Below the pieces are notes generated by a model. It was not told the DNA's origin. It worked only from the letters and a program-made list of their open reading frames with translations, and did no database searches. The translations under genes and the position numbers were made by a program. A stretch of 61,471 nt of DNA, filler included, from Dirinaria sp. TL-2023a (Eukaryota), in assembly GCA_051941275.1 (NCBI GenBank). It is 8 parts of 8 records of this genome, joined end to end, with 100 filler letters (N's around TTAATTAATTAA, not from the genome) between each part and the next. Parts side by side here need not be neighbours in the genome. Positions count along the whole stretch, not along the records: positions 7,730 to 15,356 come from JAVEBF010001291.1; positions 15,457 to 23,074 come from JAVEBF010001292.1; positions 23,175 to 30,776 come from JAVEBF010001293.1; 5 more parts are not named here. One strand, 5' to 3'. This document shows positions 14,386 through 26,715 of this stretch, one piece after another. Numbering within the stretch: position 1 is the stretch's first letter; each line of letters opens with the position of its first letter.

Positions 14386-15356
14386 CTAGAAGACGCTAAT
14401 ATAATTACCTATGCGTTCCTTCTGATTCTGCGCAATGCACTCTGCGATCCATGTGATGTTTCTGATCTCCTGGTAGACTGTCAGCGGTGCCGAAATTCTA
14501 TTCAATCACAAGGAACCCACCTGTTCTCTCAGCTTCACCCAGGCGTAGACCACAGCGTGCGTAAACTGGTAGGTGAAAGCAGTTTTGGAGATCTCCATCT
14601 CCTTCTGATAGAACATATCTTCCAGGCTCTTGCCATCCGAACCCGAACCTCCACTCATGTTGCCAGGCCCGGAGCTGTTCATGCCCGATCCTAATTGGTC
14701 GAAGTAAGTCTTATAGTCGTGTACACCACTCACGGCGAGTCCGACGCCATCGACATCGTCCGCTCTTGAGAGCATCAGAGTGCCTTCAGGGTACAGCCTG
14801 CCGAATTCCGGATACAGCTTCTTTCGGTCTTGTTTCGACAGCTCAGTGCCGAATGAGTTCAGTGTGATGTTGATTGCTCTTCGGTCCGCTTCAAATTCCA
14901 GCACCTCACTCATAACTGTCGCGGTAGGGGTGCCGCTCATGGCTGGATGCTCATTGACGAATCGATGGAAGTCCTCAAGGTAGTTCTTGTAGAGGGTATT
15001 TCGGATGATCTCGATATTCAGCTCGTCCAGATCTTGATGACTCAGGGACCCTTTGAAGTAGGGCGCAAGGGGAGTCTCGATCAGGACTGAATTGTAGAGT
15101 TCCTCGATGTTGGTGGCCACGCAGAGCACAGGCATAGTCTCGAACCAGCCTAGCGGATGACACCGTTCTAATAATTCTCGCGTATCGCGTTCGTGCAATG
15201 TACCAGTGATGAGCAGAGCAACATTATCGATCATGTACCCATAAGTCAGGTACTCCATGAATTTCGCTAATGAACCTGTTGCTTGTCCTTGTAGATATCT
15301 GAACTCAGCAACGAGTTTATCTGTCGTCTTGTCGGCGAGAGCAGAGGTTGAGGGGT
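14386..15356 (-). CDS. VMA6: V-type ATPase V0 subunit d, 5'-truncated by gap
   Basis: [44 protein letters not shown]; intron 14470-14520 joins last exon [27 protein letters not shown]. Confidence 0.97.
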
Positions 15357-15456
15357 NNNNNNNNNNNNNNNNNNNNNNNNNNNNNNNNNNNNNNNNNNNN
15401 TTAATTAATTAANNNNNNNNNNNNNNNNNNNNNNNNNNNNNNNNNNNNNNNNNNNN
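15357..15456. other. Assembly spacer with stop linker
   Basis: N run with TTAATTAATTAA at 15401-15412. Confidence 0.99.
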
Positions 15457-16617
15457 TTACCACTAAGGGTGTTTAGAAAGAGGACGGGGAAATGTAGACA
15501 AGCCATCGATGAAGCCGCAGATAGATGGAAAGAAGAATGAACAATGCGATTCCTGTTGTCTACATATCGAGGACGAATCCACTTCTACATCCAAATACGC
15601 AAAGACTGATGTCAATGGTCTATCGGAGAAGACCGTGTAGATTTAGTGTGGCATTGAACTGGGTCTTGACGAAAATTATGGACTTTAGTAGAGAAAGCTA
15701 TCCATTGTCAACGTACCTTTGGAGCAGCGTGATGTTGAACCGGGTACGAACTTCCAGTTAGAATGAGGTTTTTGGGCTCTATAAGTATAGGTACCTTATG
15801 GATGTACTTTATGAAATCGATATGAAGAGGACGAAGCACATTGGGGGCCAGAGTCTTGGCAGGGGCAGAATCAAGCTAATGCGGAATAATCAAAGATCCC
15901 TGCCGGCCTGAACCGGCCTCGTGGGAAAATTCAACGGGCCGGGAGGGCATCAGTAGTGACTCCGGAGTGGCTGCCGTTGACCCTCTTAGCGCCGTGATAG
16001 AAATCGCCAGCGAATGGATTTGCAGCCAGGCATGCAAGATCCATCACAGCTTATCAGGGGCTTACCTTACGGAAGTAGGCGAGGTAGGGTGAAGTAGGTG
16101 ATGCGGAGAAGCAAGATGTGGGCGTGATGAGATTTGTCTTCGGGTCGATGACTTTGGATTATCACACTCACCTGTCCCTCTGCCATCACCTTCCCCCACT
16201 CTCCCACTATTTGCACCTCCACATTGAAAGAAACCTTACCCCAAAGCACTGGGGAGCTTGTTCGCTCGGAAGATAATGCAAGAAAGAGCTTAGTTCGAAC
16301 CATTGTCTGCATTCTCTGCAATAATGACATGAGTGCACCCTTTGTCTCCGGAGAACATCAATCAACACAAAGGCATTCTTCTTCGACATGATCTGTCTCA
16401 GCCATTGCTAATATCTTCTTGGATCGCCTGAGCTGATCTGAACCCCTTCTCTCTCGCTCCAACACCCTCGGCGTTGATCGTCTTGTGCTACTGTTAGACT
16501 CTCTCAACACATTTCCCATTGCTCACATCACTCGTTTACTGACAAGACGGGATCTCTTGGGCTCAGTGAGAACAATCCTCATAATCTCGCCCTTACATTC
16601 ACCCCACAGCAACCACT

Positions 16618-19126
16618 ATGGAATCTCCGGAGCAATCACCGAGTTCCTCCTTGTTACAGGATCTCTTGCGAGAGAAGAAAGCCGAAAGACGAAGGAGTAG
16701 TAAAGTCTACGACATGGACATCCGGAGAGCAACCACCCTAGGGGAAGGCGCCAATGCCAGAGATGTTCAGAGCTCTCCCATACCACCAAATCCTAATGGC
16801 CGAGAAGACTTCGGACATAAAAGGCGCAGCAGCGCTGTTGGTGGAAGGAATGCCTCAGAACCCAAAGGTATGGGTATGCGTGAAATGGAGCAGGTAAGAT
16901 GCCATTACGAACGTATGTTTACTTTATGAGGCTAACCTTTGGGTGCAGTATATCCAGAAGATCACCAAGGAGAACTTCGATCTCAAGCTTGAATTGTTCC
17001 ATCGACGGCAGCGCCACGAAAAATTGGAGGCAGAGGTAATAAAATTGCAACATCTAGAAGAGGAGAATCAGGATTTGCACTCTGCCAACGAGGAACTTTT
17101 GAAGGAGCTCGAGAAGCGCGACGAGGCCGTCAAAGAAGCCGTTAATCTGATTTGCGAGCTTGAAGGCAAGGTCGAATCAATCAATCAGACCAGTTCAAAC
17201 TCTTCCAAGTCAGTGCAAGGACCCGGCAGTAGTCGAGCAACCCCTGCCACGATTCGACCATCAGGAGCAGGAGCTGACAAAGAAACCCCTAGTTTATCGC
17301 CGCCCCGCCTACCCGCTCACGAACAACTGCCTCCGCTTCCAGATCTTACCCTGCCAGCGACTACCAAAGGTCCGTGGCGTACTCCATCATTCCTCCGAGA
17401 GGAAAAACCAAGCACCACTGCTCTCCGTAGCCTGTACCAAAACGATCACAACCCGAGTACCTTTTCCTTGAACCGGGCAGGCAGCCCACAGCATAGCGCA
17501 GATCCCGATACGTTTACGCTGAACTCTCCACGTTTGAGCGTTCTCAGTGAGAGTAGCTTCATGAGCGTGTATGGGAAGTCCCCCAAGCTCTCGCCCGACC
17601 CAACGCAAGATGTGAAAGTATCTCCTACTCGAACATCAGCGGATAGAGTGGTAAAAAATCAGACCGATGGCTTGGCTCCTATAAGCACTGACACGAATCA
17701 GAAACCTCTACGGAGACTAAAATCACAGCGAGATAGTTCTTCGCCAAACAAACGCTCCGAGCACAGGTCAGAGACTTCTTTCATGAGCCGCATTGAACGC
17801 ATGACTGAAAACTCAAATAGAGATAGTTCTAGTAATCGAAGCGAACAGCTATCGAAGTGGCTTGAAGAGTCGGTCTCGGCCGACGAAAGCAGCCCACTTC
17901 GCCATCGCAGCAGTCGTCAACCTCGACGCTCGTCGGGTCGGTCACCCGTCAACGATCAGTTCTCCTCCATCTCTGAAGTCCTCGGCAAACCTCGACCACG
18001 CACCGTTAGTAGGAACACTGTTCTACCAAATCTCGCCAAACCAATGTTCCCTGCTCTGGACGTTCTGCCCCCAACACCTGACACCATGTCCACGGCCCAG
18101 AAAACCAGCTCTTCCACACAGAGTATCATAGCCGAGAAGTCTCTTTACGAGACTACACGCCCGTCAAAGTATGCTTCTCCTCTGCCTTCTTCTGATGACG
18201 AACGTCCCCATACCAGGGGCTCTTTGGGACTGGAATTTGAGAACGATATCGACCATTCAGACGGCGAGCAGCAGTAAGTGGTTTGGAAATCTTTTTAAAT
18301 TTATTACTAGAGCGTTGGATACATAGCATGTATAAGAACCCCAAGGTTCATAATTGTTTTCACCTATTCACTTTGTAATCCGTTGTAAAAGCTAGACTGA
18401 TCTTGGGACGCCCACAACAGCTCAGGCCAGGTGCAGCAGAGCGAGGCTGACACCAATACCGTCCCACCTGACGCTTTCGACTCGTTCCCATTCATGGGCA
18501 TAGGAGACCCATCCAAAGCGGTGGGCGTATTGGGAAGGGAAGAACAAGATGTCCCCTCTCGACCTCCACTGACTACGAACCCGGCACTCAGCAGCGAAGG
18601 AAACGGACATTCGCGAGCCCTTTCATACCCAACGCCAATCTCATCCGGCCACCGCACGTCCTCAGTACAAACCTACACGCCTCCAAGACGCCAATCCATG
18701 ATGAGAACAGCCACGTCGCCCTTATCGGCCCACCATCGAGAATGGCGGAACAGCCTCACCGCCAACAGCAGCGCGACCCCAACTCCTTCTTCCGGCCTTG
18801 GCCTCACGAAAACCGAAAACCAATCCAAATCCCCTCCGCTTTCACCCACACCCCCTCGCGATGCTGCAGCCTTTGTTGCTGCGGATTTACGACCAGCATC
18901 GAGAGAAAGCAAGTTACCGCGCACCGCCTCGAGCCGGCTGAAGACTTTATTCCGGCGATCTAATAGCCATGCTATGAACCCGGCGGTGGTGATGGCGATG
19001 TTGAATGGAGGTGCAGCGACGGAGAGTAAGATTGCAAGACCGGTTAGCGCGGAGGGTAGGCCTGGTGGTGGTGGTGGGGTGGATCGGAGTAAAAGCGGGC
19101 GAGCATTCCTAGGTCGGAAGGGTTGA
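16618..19126 (+). CDS. Centrosomin N-terminal motif 1 (CM1) coiled-coil protein with a long disordered tail, 3 exons
   Basis: Introns 16894-16948 and 18274-18420 keep frame; MGMREMEQYIQKITKENFDLKLELFHRRQR matches the CM1 (Cnn/Mto1) consensus. Confidence 0.75.
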
Positions 19127-20086
19127 GCAAAGGGGGGGAGAGACGAAAGGAGAGGGTTTGTAAAAAAAAAAGGAAACAGCATAATTCCCTTCTGAAGAGA
19201 CGACTGTACTCCTAAGTCCGTTACCATGTTCGATTGAATTAAGTAGTAGAAATCATCATCCTCTTCTTTCCATCATTATTATCGGGCACATTTTGCCTAG
19301 TACCTGCTTTTGCCAGCCTTTTTTTTTTTTTGTGTGTGTATAGCAGCCGATATCATATTCGTACCCGGGGCGGCCCGCCAAGCCCGCCAAGTCGAAGAAA
19401 CTGTTAGGGTTGTTGAGGGCTATCAGTTAAGAATCAAACACCAGGAAAATTGCACACACGACCGCCACCACCTGCACCTGCACCTAGGTAACTAGGTCAA
19501 TGGCTTGTAAATTGATTATCGTTTGAGAAATTTGGATACGAATTACCATTAATGCACCAAGTTCAGACTGAAGAAGGAAGTCTGTCCTGATTCTGAGATC
19601 ATTCACACCTTCGAGTTTGAGGCGGCGTTGATGCATTTTGTCTTGATGAAGAAAGACAGCAGAGTGATGAAAAACTTGCTCGGAAGAGAAGAATTTGGGA
19701 GACATAGACAGAAGCAGCAGCAAGCAGATCAACTTCTGATCCAGTCAGAGATGCAGTCATAAAAGCACGCAATAGCGAATTGTCAGTTTGTGCTTTGGTG
19801 ATTGCCTGGGGAAATGCGGCAGACATTCGTACCTAGATTTTGTCAGAAAATAATCAACTTACAGACTCTACTTTTGAGGGGATTCTTCTCTGGGAAGTTT
19901 CCTAGGCTAAATAGTATTGTTTTGGTGCTGTGGAGGTGTTTTTTCTCTATTAGGCTTAGTGACGGTGAAAGAGTCCTCCGATGGTGACACAGTTCGGTCC
20001 TACTTGTCAGCCGGCTTTCCCCCGCCCTTTTCCTGTGTCAGTTCCATAACGGCCTTCCATTCGACATTAACTTTCAAGGCTGTGTT

Positions 20087-22641
20087 ATGGCTAAGAAACG
20101 TTCTCCAGATGGAAGGCTCGTCTATCTTCACTGCTCTTCAATATTCAGCGGAGCAAATGCGCAGGTTCGAAGAGCAAAGAAAGTCTCTCAACTTCTCGAG
20201 CAGCACAAGGCATCCATCAAAATCCTCACCAAGGAATTTACCGTGCCAGCTATTGCTGCAGTTGCGAAAGAATTGCTAGAAGAGCGGATATTTGAATCTT
20301 TACCCCGGGCAAAGCTCCGTTATCCAGAGCTGTTCCAGCTCACAGAGACGCAAGAGGCTGAGAGGGCAGCTTCCGAGGCAGAAGTCGTCAGGATCGAGGC
20401 CGAAGCAGCACAAGACCTGGTGCTGGCTTCCGATGACGAAGGTGGAGATGAGTGCCTAGGCTTTGAGCAGAGCGGAAATCGCGCTGAGCACGTAGAGGCA
20501 TTAGAAGACAAAGCCGAGGCTCTGGTTAATGCTCAAATTAGCAGTGCTGAACCGTGGTAAGTCTTATTTGGATAATGCACGAAACAAGACAGCCGCCTGG
20601 CTGAGTTTTTTGATAGCAAACAATCGACGACTCGAGTAGACCAGGCGCTCTCTATCCCACGGCTCCACCCTGTCTATTTGCCATTTAAAACGAAACACAG
20701 GACTCTAGTCTTAGTCCAATCTTTGCTTGAAGATATTTGTTTCCACTTCGGCAACACTTGGGTTCCAGACCTGATGGAGGCCCGGAAATGGTACGAAGCA
20801 GAGTCCATTGAACTCACTGAGTGGACCAAGAGATTTTCCAAATACGCCAAGTCTCTACCGCCATCAGCTATCAAACCGATTGCTGGTAAAAGCATCGCTG
20901 AGGTTCTCTTTGGGACAAGTGCCCTTCGTCACTCGGCTGTTCATCGTGATCTGACAAGCGCCGCGGGAATTCGAAATATGCTCGATGCAGCCATCATCTT
21001 CGCCGAAGCTCTCAATGACTCTGCAGGAGCGGCAAAGATTGTGGAAATTAAGACACGGCTAGAGGCTAGTATAGAGGAAATCGTGCAGCATCAAAATTTG
21101 CTCGAACGCAAGCTCAGAGATCAATTTGAACATATTGCGCGTCGGAGAGCTGAACTCGATGAGTTAGAAAGATCGTCAGTCGAAGAGATGCTGACAACGG
21201 ACAAGAAACAACGCACTGAGGTGGGCTCTGCCTTTGAAAGCTTCCTTATCGGCTCCCAGCAGGTGTCCAGTGCTTGTAGCTGTAAGCATACACCGACCTT
21301 TGACGGAGCGAAGGCGGACTCCGAGGCAGAAGAGCACATTGAGCACAGCGGGCTAGGTATATCTCCACACTTTTCTCCTTTCTCTTCATATGATATCTAT
21401 TCCCGTGTCTATTGCTGACAGTCACTTTAGAACACGAACCGAGACTCGGAGAGGGAATGCCTGAAACTGAAGCTTGTGATCAAAGTCCGCTCGGCGAAGA
21501 GGAACCTCTCCTAGCTGAATATACAGAGAAAGATACCCCACCATCTTGGCACGATAATCATGGTAACGGCGTTGAAGAAGACCTGCATGTCTCAGTATCG
21601 ACCTTTCCAATGCTTAAGTCGAAGGGTAAAATGAAAGAAGAGACGAAAGCGGCAGCACCTGGCTGGTGGGGTATTCCTGCAGCTGAAGAAGCACCTGTTA
21701 TCATCGATGAAGCTTCCGTTGTGGAGGAGGCGTCTCCCGCCCCAAAAAATTCTACTGATAATTTAGGTTGGAACTGGCCTCGATACCAAGTTTGGAATTT
21801 TGGTGCAACCAGTGAAGCTCCAGTACAACCGCATACTGTGGCAGAGGACGCTGTGACCGCTGAGAAAGCTTGTTATGCTGCACCGGAGGAAGAATCCGAT
21901 ATAGATAAGCCTTACAACTTTTTGCCGGAGGAAAAACCAATACCGGAGCTTACCTTTGCCGCCCAAGAAGCAGTCTCCAACAAGGACTCAATGGGAACGG
22001 AAAAACTTGATCCCGACACGACGTTGGAAATCTCACAAGACGAGGTAGTCATCGAAGAGCCCGAGGACGCAGAAGAGCCTCCTTTCAACCAACGAGACGA
22101 TATTTCGCATGGATTGGACGATCCGTGTGGGGTAAAATCAGGGCTTGACGCCGTTCTAACGGCAGATGCCCCAGCTGAGGATGCTGAATCCTTTGCATCG
22201 CCTTTAGAGCCTCCCCTGGATGCTGTGAGTCATGATGTTGAATTTCATCCACCTCCGTTGGCGCCATCGTCCACAGTGACTTCTGTCCTTGAAGCCGCAG
22301 CCCCAGAGGTGCAGATGGAAGATGGCCATACCGTCACGCTCAAGATTCGCAACGGCAGCAAACTCTTCAGATCTATTGTCTTGGTTAGAGCTTGCACCCG
22401 GAAAGCAATCCTGGAGGAAGCAAGGGTATATTGCATGAAGCGCGCACAAGACGATCAGAGTTTGGCAACACTGCTCGCAAGGGGCTACGAGTTGACCTTG
22501 ATGTCGTTGAAGATGTACGGCTACGACATGGATTTATCGACATACAAGGTCGAGAACCTGTCTTCTCTGGTCCGAACCGCTGAGAAAACCGGCATTCCGA
22601 GATTCACGCTCCGGATATCCGAGGGGTTTGAAGAGCATTAA
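20087..22641 (+). CDS. Hypothetical fungal protein, 3 exons: helical domain with R-x4-H motif, coiled coil and acidic region
   Basis: Introns 20557-20616 and 21357-21430 join three ORFs in frame; motif LRHSAVHR. Confidence 0.7.
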
Positions 22642-23074
22642 GGTCAAGCTGGTCTCCTGATCTCTTTATTTTTAAAGAATGGGACTTGCATTTATTTTAT
22701 GATATGGATAGGATATAAATAGAGTCTTCGATGTTTGATGATGATGCATGCACACGCTTACATGCTAAAAAAAAATAAGTTTTTTTATTATTCTTTGAAA
22801 TGACTGACGAGTCATACTCTGTACTCGTACCTCTCTCTGCACATCTATAAAAATCGCTCACTCACTGCCTGCCCCTCGTCTCACCATCATCATCATCGTC
22901 ATTCCCGTCTCAGTTCTGACTATCTTATCTCATCTTCATCTGATGATAATTGTATTTGAAACACCCCTTTCCTTGCCCTATTTAACACCTCAGAATCTTG
23001 AACCATATCTCATTCATTTCTAAGCTCTAACAACAGAAAGGGTGGGGTTTTAGATGATTTGCGGGATTTTAAAG

Positions 23075-23174
23075 NNNNNNNNNNNNNNNNNNNNNNNNNN
23101 NNNNNNNNNNNNNNNNNNTTAATTAATTAANNNNNNNNNNNNNNNNNNNNNNNNNNNNNNNNNNNNNNNNNNNN
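23075..23174. other. Assembly spacer with stop linker
   Basis: N run with TTAATTAATTAA at 23119-23130. Confidence 0.99.
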
Positions 23175-23240
23175 CCCCCCTGCCTCATATGCACAAACCC
23201 GCCCCACTAACTCCCTCTCTCTCCTTGTACAACAAAACAG

Positions 23241-23513
23241 TGCGCAGACATAACCTTCTCCTCCACCGCGAAACCAGGCCCCTGCACCAACGGCACTAAC
23301 GTCAAAGCCGTCCCCTACACCGGCAAAGCGACCAACGCGAACGGGACCAGCTCCGGAGACCAGACCGCAGGTACGACTACGCCGTCCGGCACGGGCACGG
23401 CGGCGGGCAGCAAGCCTACCAAAGGCGGGGCCGGCGGCAGTTTGAGCATGGACATGATGGGATTGGGGTTGGAGTTGCTCGTTGGCGGTGTTGTGACGGC
23501 ACTCATGTTCTGA
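23241..23513 (+). CDS. Last exon of a GPI-anchored protein, BIM1/X325-like copper-binding family (partial)
   Basis: CTAAC branch and CAG acceptor, then CADITFSSTAKPGPCTNGTNV, a Ser/Thr/Gly-rich stalk and a hydrophobic C-terminus; absent from the ORF track. Confidence 0.65.
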   Translation, partial: CADITFSSTAKPGPCTNGTNVKAVPYTGKATNANGTSSGDQTAGTTTPSGTGTAAGSKPTKGGAGGSLSMDMMGLGLELLVGGVVTALMF

Positions 23514-24110
23514 TTTGACTTTGAAAGAGGTTCGGTGGATGAACGAAGGAGGCAGGGTTTAGATGTGTGGCTTGCTACTACTGGCTACTACTGGCTGGAT
23601 GGGTGGAATTTGCTATGATGGATGGATGGATGGGGCTTCATATGTGAGGTGAGGTGAAAAGCGATGGCAACTGAACATTTCTAAATACGATATGAATAGA
23701 AAAAAAAACCTTTTTCATCAACCAATCAGGAGTTTTTTGCAAGATTTATGAAATGTTAAGGTATTGGATTTCTGCTGAATGGATGCAAAAGCAAGAGCAA
23801 GAGCAAAGTGTCTATCGTATCTGTTTTAAACAAACAGACAAACAAAAAAACAAGACTTCAGAGTTTAAAAATGAAAATAAAAAAATCGAAAAGAAAAAGC
23901 TCGCGCAGGCAGCCTGAGGATCCATCCCCGGTCCATTCTCATTCCCAGACGAGCGTACATCTCAACCCCATCGGAACTATTCAACCCAATCTCAACACAT
24001 TTCAACTATTAATTATCCCAGACCAGATAACTAACTTCTGTTCTGCTCGCCAAACCCCGTCAGTTGCGCTCGCTCGCTCCCAGACGTAGACCGTAAGTAA
24101 AGTAGTCAGT

Positions 24111-24649
24111 CAGTCGACGAGAGGTTAAGGTAGGTAGGTTTACTGCTGTTGGGGGATTTTCTGATACTGCGATGCATCGTGATGGGGTTGGGTTGTTGTA
24201 GATAGCATACATAGCTGAAGACGTATCCGCGGACATATTTGACCGAAGCCCAGTCGACGCGGAAGTCTGATTCGCTAAGTACCTTAATGTGAAGTTGTGG
24301 AATTGAGAGTTTTTGAAAGGCCCAGTCTGATCGCACTCCAAGACTTGGGGGTTTTTTGTGGACGTGTGCTCCGTCAGTCGACGCGAAAACCGGTTTGCTG
24401 GAGAAGTGTGCAGGGTTGTGATTGAAGATCGGTATTGGCTGTAAAATGGGGTCGAGGGGCCAGAAGGAAGTTGGGTGTGTAAGACACTTGAACGCCGATT
24501 AGGAGGTCAACTTGCCATCTCAGGATTTTCTTTCGAGGACATGTACCGAAGTCAGTCGACGCGAAAAATGAATATCGTGGATGTATAGCGGTTGATCCTC
24601 GTTGAGTGAGACGCTTTCTCTCAAGATGTATGATTGGCAGGTCGACGAG
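24111..24649. repeat. Dispersed CAGTCGACG(C/A)G motif array, 4-5 copies
   Basis: Copies at 24111, 24251, 24375, 24553 and a variant at 24638; copies 2-4 share a GGAC...CCG extension upstream. Confidence 0.75.
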
Positions 24650-24880
24650 ATGATGATCGAATTGCTTTCGTAGTCCAGGAAGGTAAGAAGGCTCGAGAGA
24701 ATAAGTTGTAGCAAACCGAGAAGAGAATTTGTTATGTGAACACGCTGAATTGAATCTTCGGTAGCGAAATCGCTTTTTATGATTCGCAAACACCACGCTA
24801 TGCCGGAGGAGGGAAAAGAAATTGTGGGTATGAGGAGCCTTTTGGATCATGGCAAGGTCCGTGGTAAACAAGGTATGATG

Positions 24881-26236
24881 CTAGTCTTTCAGGCCGCACA
24901 GATCAGTGCCGAACACGGAGTCGATCCAGTTCATGAACCGCCAATAAAAGCTCGCATTTGCGGAGTCGAAGTCCCCATTGTCAAGCGTTGGGGCACCGTC
25001 GCCGATGAAGTCGCCCGGGAACCAGCCCGCATTGACAAGGCGCTGGATTAAGCTCTCTGACCATGTAGGGTGAGGAAGGAAGGCTTCAGACGCCGGACGG
25101 ATAGCCATGCGGGGCATATCGGGAAAGTGAGTATGTGATTTGGGATGTCGGGTGGCTTGTGTTTCTTGTTGCGGGTTTGTAGAAGACATATTTTCTTCGG
25201 TCTGCGGATGGTGACGGTTGCGAAGGTTAGGGTAATCTAGGCCTGTGGCCGTGGCGGACGATGCCGTCGATGAAGATGGCGATGCGACTTCATTTGCATC
25301 GTGCTCAGGCGACTGTGAAATAGCTCCAGTGGTAAATGATCGAGGTAGTGTGGTGGCGTTTCGAGATCCAATATTGGTCCTTTGGACGAAAGATGGCCCA
25401 ATCGTCTGTGAAGGTCGACTAGACATACCAAGGCTTCGATGCTGGGCATCCGCTCTGGGTTGCAGTAACGGCTCATCAACGTCAGGTCCGACGCCTCGAA
25501 AGGCCTGAGCATATACATAGTGGCCGCCAATGATATGTGGTGAAGCCTCAATTGCGCGTTCGGCTGCCTCTACGGAGTCGAACGTAACTTTAATCCAATG
25601 CTCACCACCACGATACTGTTTAGCGAGCTGTGTCTCGGCTGGCGTCAGAGGACGGGGTGGATACGACGCAGAAGGGCTGAAAGTATTCGGAATCTTAGGT
25701 GGAGGCTCTCGGCTGTAATCTTCGCAGATAATACCACCAGATACGGTTTCGTAAAATTTGATCGCGTCTGGTTGTGAGCTGGCAGAGAAACCATAGAGAA
25801 TCACCTGGGTCGGCTCTTTGTGGAGAGACGGCGGACGATGGGTGGATATACCGTCACCTTGCGAACCTGACGTCATCGACTGCTGCTTAGCCTCGGCGAT
25901 TCTCTTTTGATCATGCCTCCATGCTTGTTCGAAGCCATCAAGAGCCGGATTCTCTTTCTTGGCAGGTGTGGTGGTCCGGGTTGCGCGTGAGGAGCCTTTG
26001 CGTCTGAGAGACTTGCCGAAGGGACCTTTTTCCTCAACATGGCGCCTCTGACCGCGAGCTTTTGGATGTCCACTATCTCATTGTGAGTATGCCATAATGC
26101 GACAACGGAGCCGGGGGAGCACTGACTCGGGCCATTCCAGAGCATATGGCAGCTTCTTGCCGTTTCGATCGACGGCTCGCTCTTCCACTGGCACTGCGTG
26201 AAATTGGGTTGGACGTCCAGTCAAACTGAAATCCAT
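24881..26236 (-). CDS. Nup53/Nup35-type RRM nucleoporin-like protein (start uncertain, may extend 5')
   Basis: VILYGF...GGEHWIKVTFDSVEAAERAI fits the Nup53 RRM; intron 26073-26126 joins exon MDFSLTGRPTQFHAVP...; C-terminal amphipathic-type helix FMNWIDSVFG. Confidence 0.7.
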
Positions 26237-26715
26237 CTTCTTTCTCTTTTGCAATTCCTCGGTTTTGGTAAGGTCCAGCCACTCAACACGACCTCCGGCA
26301 CCATCTGTTCGATAAACGAAGTATTCTTCCCCGTCTTCACGATCGTCCGCTGTACGTTTGACAGATTGCCTAAGGTAGACACCAGATCTGATTAGCAAAG
26401 CTTGGAAGACATGGCAGTGTAGTCAATGAGAGTGAAGAAGTAGAGAAAAGTAAAGCAACGATAGGTAAGGTAGGGAAGGTGGAGTGGATGAGCTGCGAGT
26501 GACGCGATGCAGGAGTTGCGGCTCTTATTTTTGTGTTTTCTGGGCAACACAAATCGGTGTCGGTGCCGAGGTCGGCCCGATACAGCCCGACTTCCGTCAG
26601 ATTTAGTAAGGTAGCCCTCAGAGGTAGCCTCAGTAGCCTCGAACTCGACCTCGGGACTACTACCTTCAAGTATCGCATATCCAAATATCATTATTTGGAA
26701 GAAACTTGGGGTGAC

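Noticed and set aside
24111..24649. CRISPR array
   Set aside because: Eukaryotic DNA; repeats are short and degenerate, spacing is irregular (85-178 bp), and no cas genes are present
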